A stretch of 62,444 bases of DNA, filler included, from Choristocarpus tenellus KU-1152 (taxonomy: Eukaryota > Protista > Phaeophyceae): the NCBI GenBank assembly GCA_964200185.2. It is 11 parts of 11 records of this genome, joined end to end, with 100 filler letters (N's around TTAATTAATTAA, not from the genome) between each part and the next. Parts side by side here need not be neighbours in the genome. Positions count along the whole stretch, not along the records: positions 59,650 to 62,444 come from CAXNAD020024690.1; 10 more parts are not named here. One strand, given 5' to 3'. Shown here in pieces: positions 61,545-62,444 of this stretch; the stretch's first letter is position 1, and each line of letters begins with the position of its first letter. Below the pieces are notes generated by a model. It was not told where the DNA came from. It saw only the letters and a program-made list of their open reading frames with translations, and did no database searches. A program made the position numbers and the translations under genes.

Positions 61545-62444
61545 CTACAAAATGTTGCTCCTAAAAATATTTTTGTAAGGCAGTCCCGCCATTATCCTAA
61601 AAGCCTTATTGCGCACTTTTTCCTCTGGGGAAAACGCTATTAGAAGTTTGCATGACCTCAGTACCAGCATTGGTAGAATATTCCATCCTCTGGGGTTTGC
61701 TGCATTTAAGGTACCTTTGCCTGCCATGTTGAGCTGTGGTAAGCAACTTTCACAAAAATAGATGAGACCTGCACCTGTGTCAAGGAGTACCTGGGCAAGC
61801 ATTCTCGAGTGGACTCTGTGTGGGTGACATAGCAGGGCATATGTCGATACTTGAGTAGTACCATAGGCCGGTGTCAGGGTGAATATTATGGAGGTGGAAA
61901 CGGAAGTCTAAATGTCTACAGTTGGAATTACATGACTGGAAAGTCAGACTCCATGGTGTAACTTCAAGACGACTCTGCAGCATCCGAATCGGTTGGGCTT
62001 CTCGCGAATAGTGGAGGGAGTTTAGAGTCTTGCATCGCTGCTAGGTATCAGAGATGCATTTCTATCAAGGCTACCAGGCTCTATATGAATTTCTGCTTCA
62101 GCTAGGGTACATCTGCCTAGTTCTGCTGCATTCAACGAAAACACCGATCTATAACGAGCACAGAGGTCTAAAAGTTGACACTTGTGACTGATTGAACGTG
62201 GTATCCTTGAATGCATTTGACTTAGTGAAGGCTTGATGTAACTCCTCTCTAGCTTTACTGAACGGAGCAGAATCAGTATTTAGAGCACTAACAGTAATTG
62301 GTACCTGATCTGAAATAGGGGTTAAGTGACCTATCACAAGATGCTTCCTGATACGTACTTTCCGTGTTGTTGGATTTGCCATTTGGACCAATACTGATTT
62401 ATTATTGGCTGACCAAATACTGAGAGTGCGAGCAGCTACGATAC
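61545..62444 (-). mobile_element. Degenerate Ty3/Gypsy pol fragments
   Basis: Pre-RT linker LLDLCARYRSVFSLNAAELGRCTLAEAEIHIEPG (about 62170-62070) and retropepsin motif VLLDTGAG (about 61790). Confidence 0.7.

Overview
Eukaryotic, intron-rich and transposon-rich genomic DNA. The window is not contiguous: 11 contig fragments are joined by 10 artificial 100-nt linkers (N44-TTAATTAATTAA-N44 at 3639, 6859, 11153, 16373, 23796, 40362, 45093, 48206, 52488, 59550), so adjacency across linkers means nothing. Spliced genes rebuilt by hand from exon phase and motifs: a DNAH6-like axonemal dynein fragment, a tandem GYF_2-domain protein, GAS8/DRC4, a complete ARL6IP4/SR-25, POP1, mitochondrial MnmA/TRMU, an RCC1-repeat exon and two unidentified genes. 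Flagellar genes, long introns and TTAGGG-type repeats suggest a flagellate-producing stramenopile such as a brown alga or relative (inference only). Mobile DNA includes decayed Copia, Gypsy, LINE and plant-type mariner pieces, Helitron-like short elements, and about 20 copies of three MITE-like families that share a terminal AAAGTATC-type core. Most notable: (1) these MITEs have flanking direct repeats of variable length (4, 4, 4, 4, 5 and 8 bp) that always overlap one terminus by one base; (2) a Copia remnant is bracketed by inverted PPT+LTR units with a microhomology junction; (3) ARL6IP4 and POP1 sit head-to-head with only 98 bp between start codons, and that gap holds a telomere-like motif. 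No prokaryotic-type system (CRISPR, defence island) is supported.
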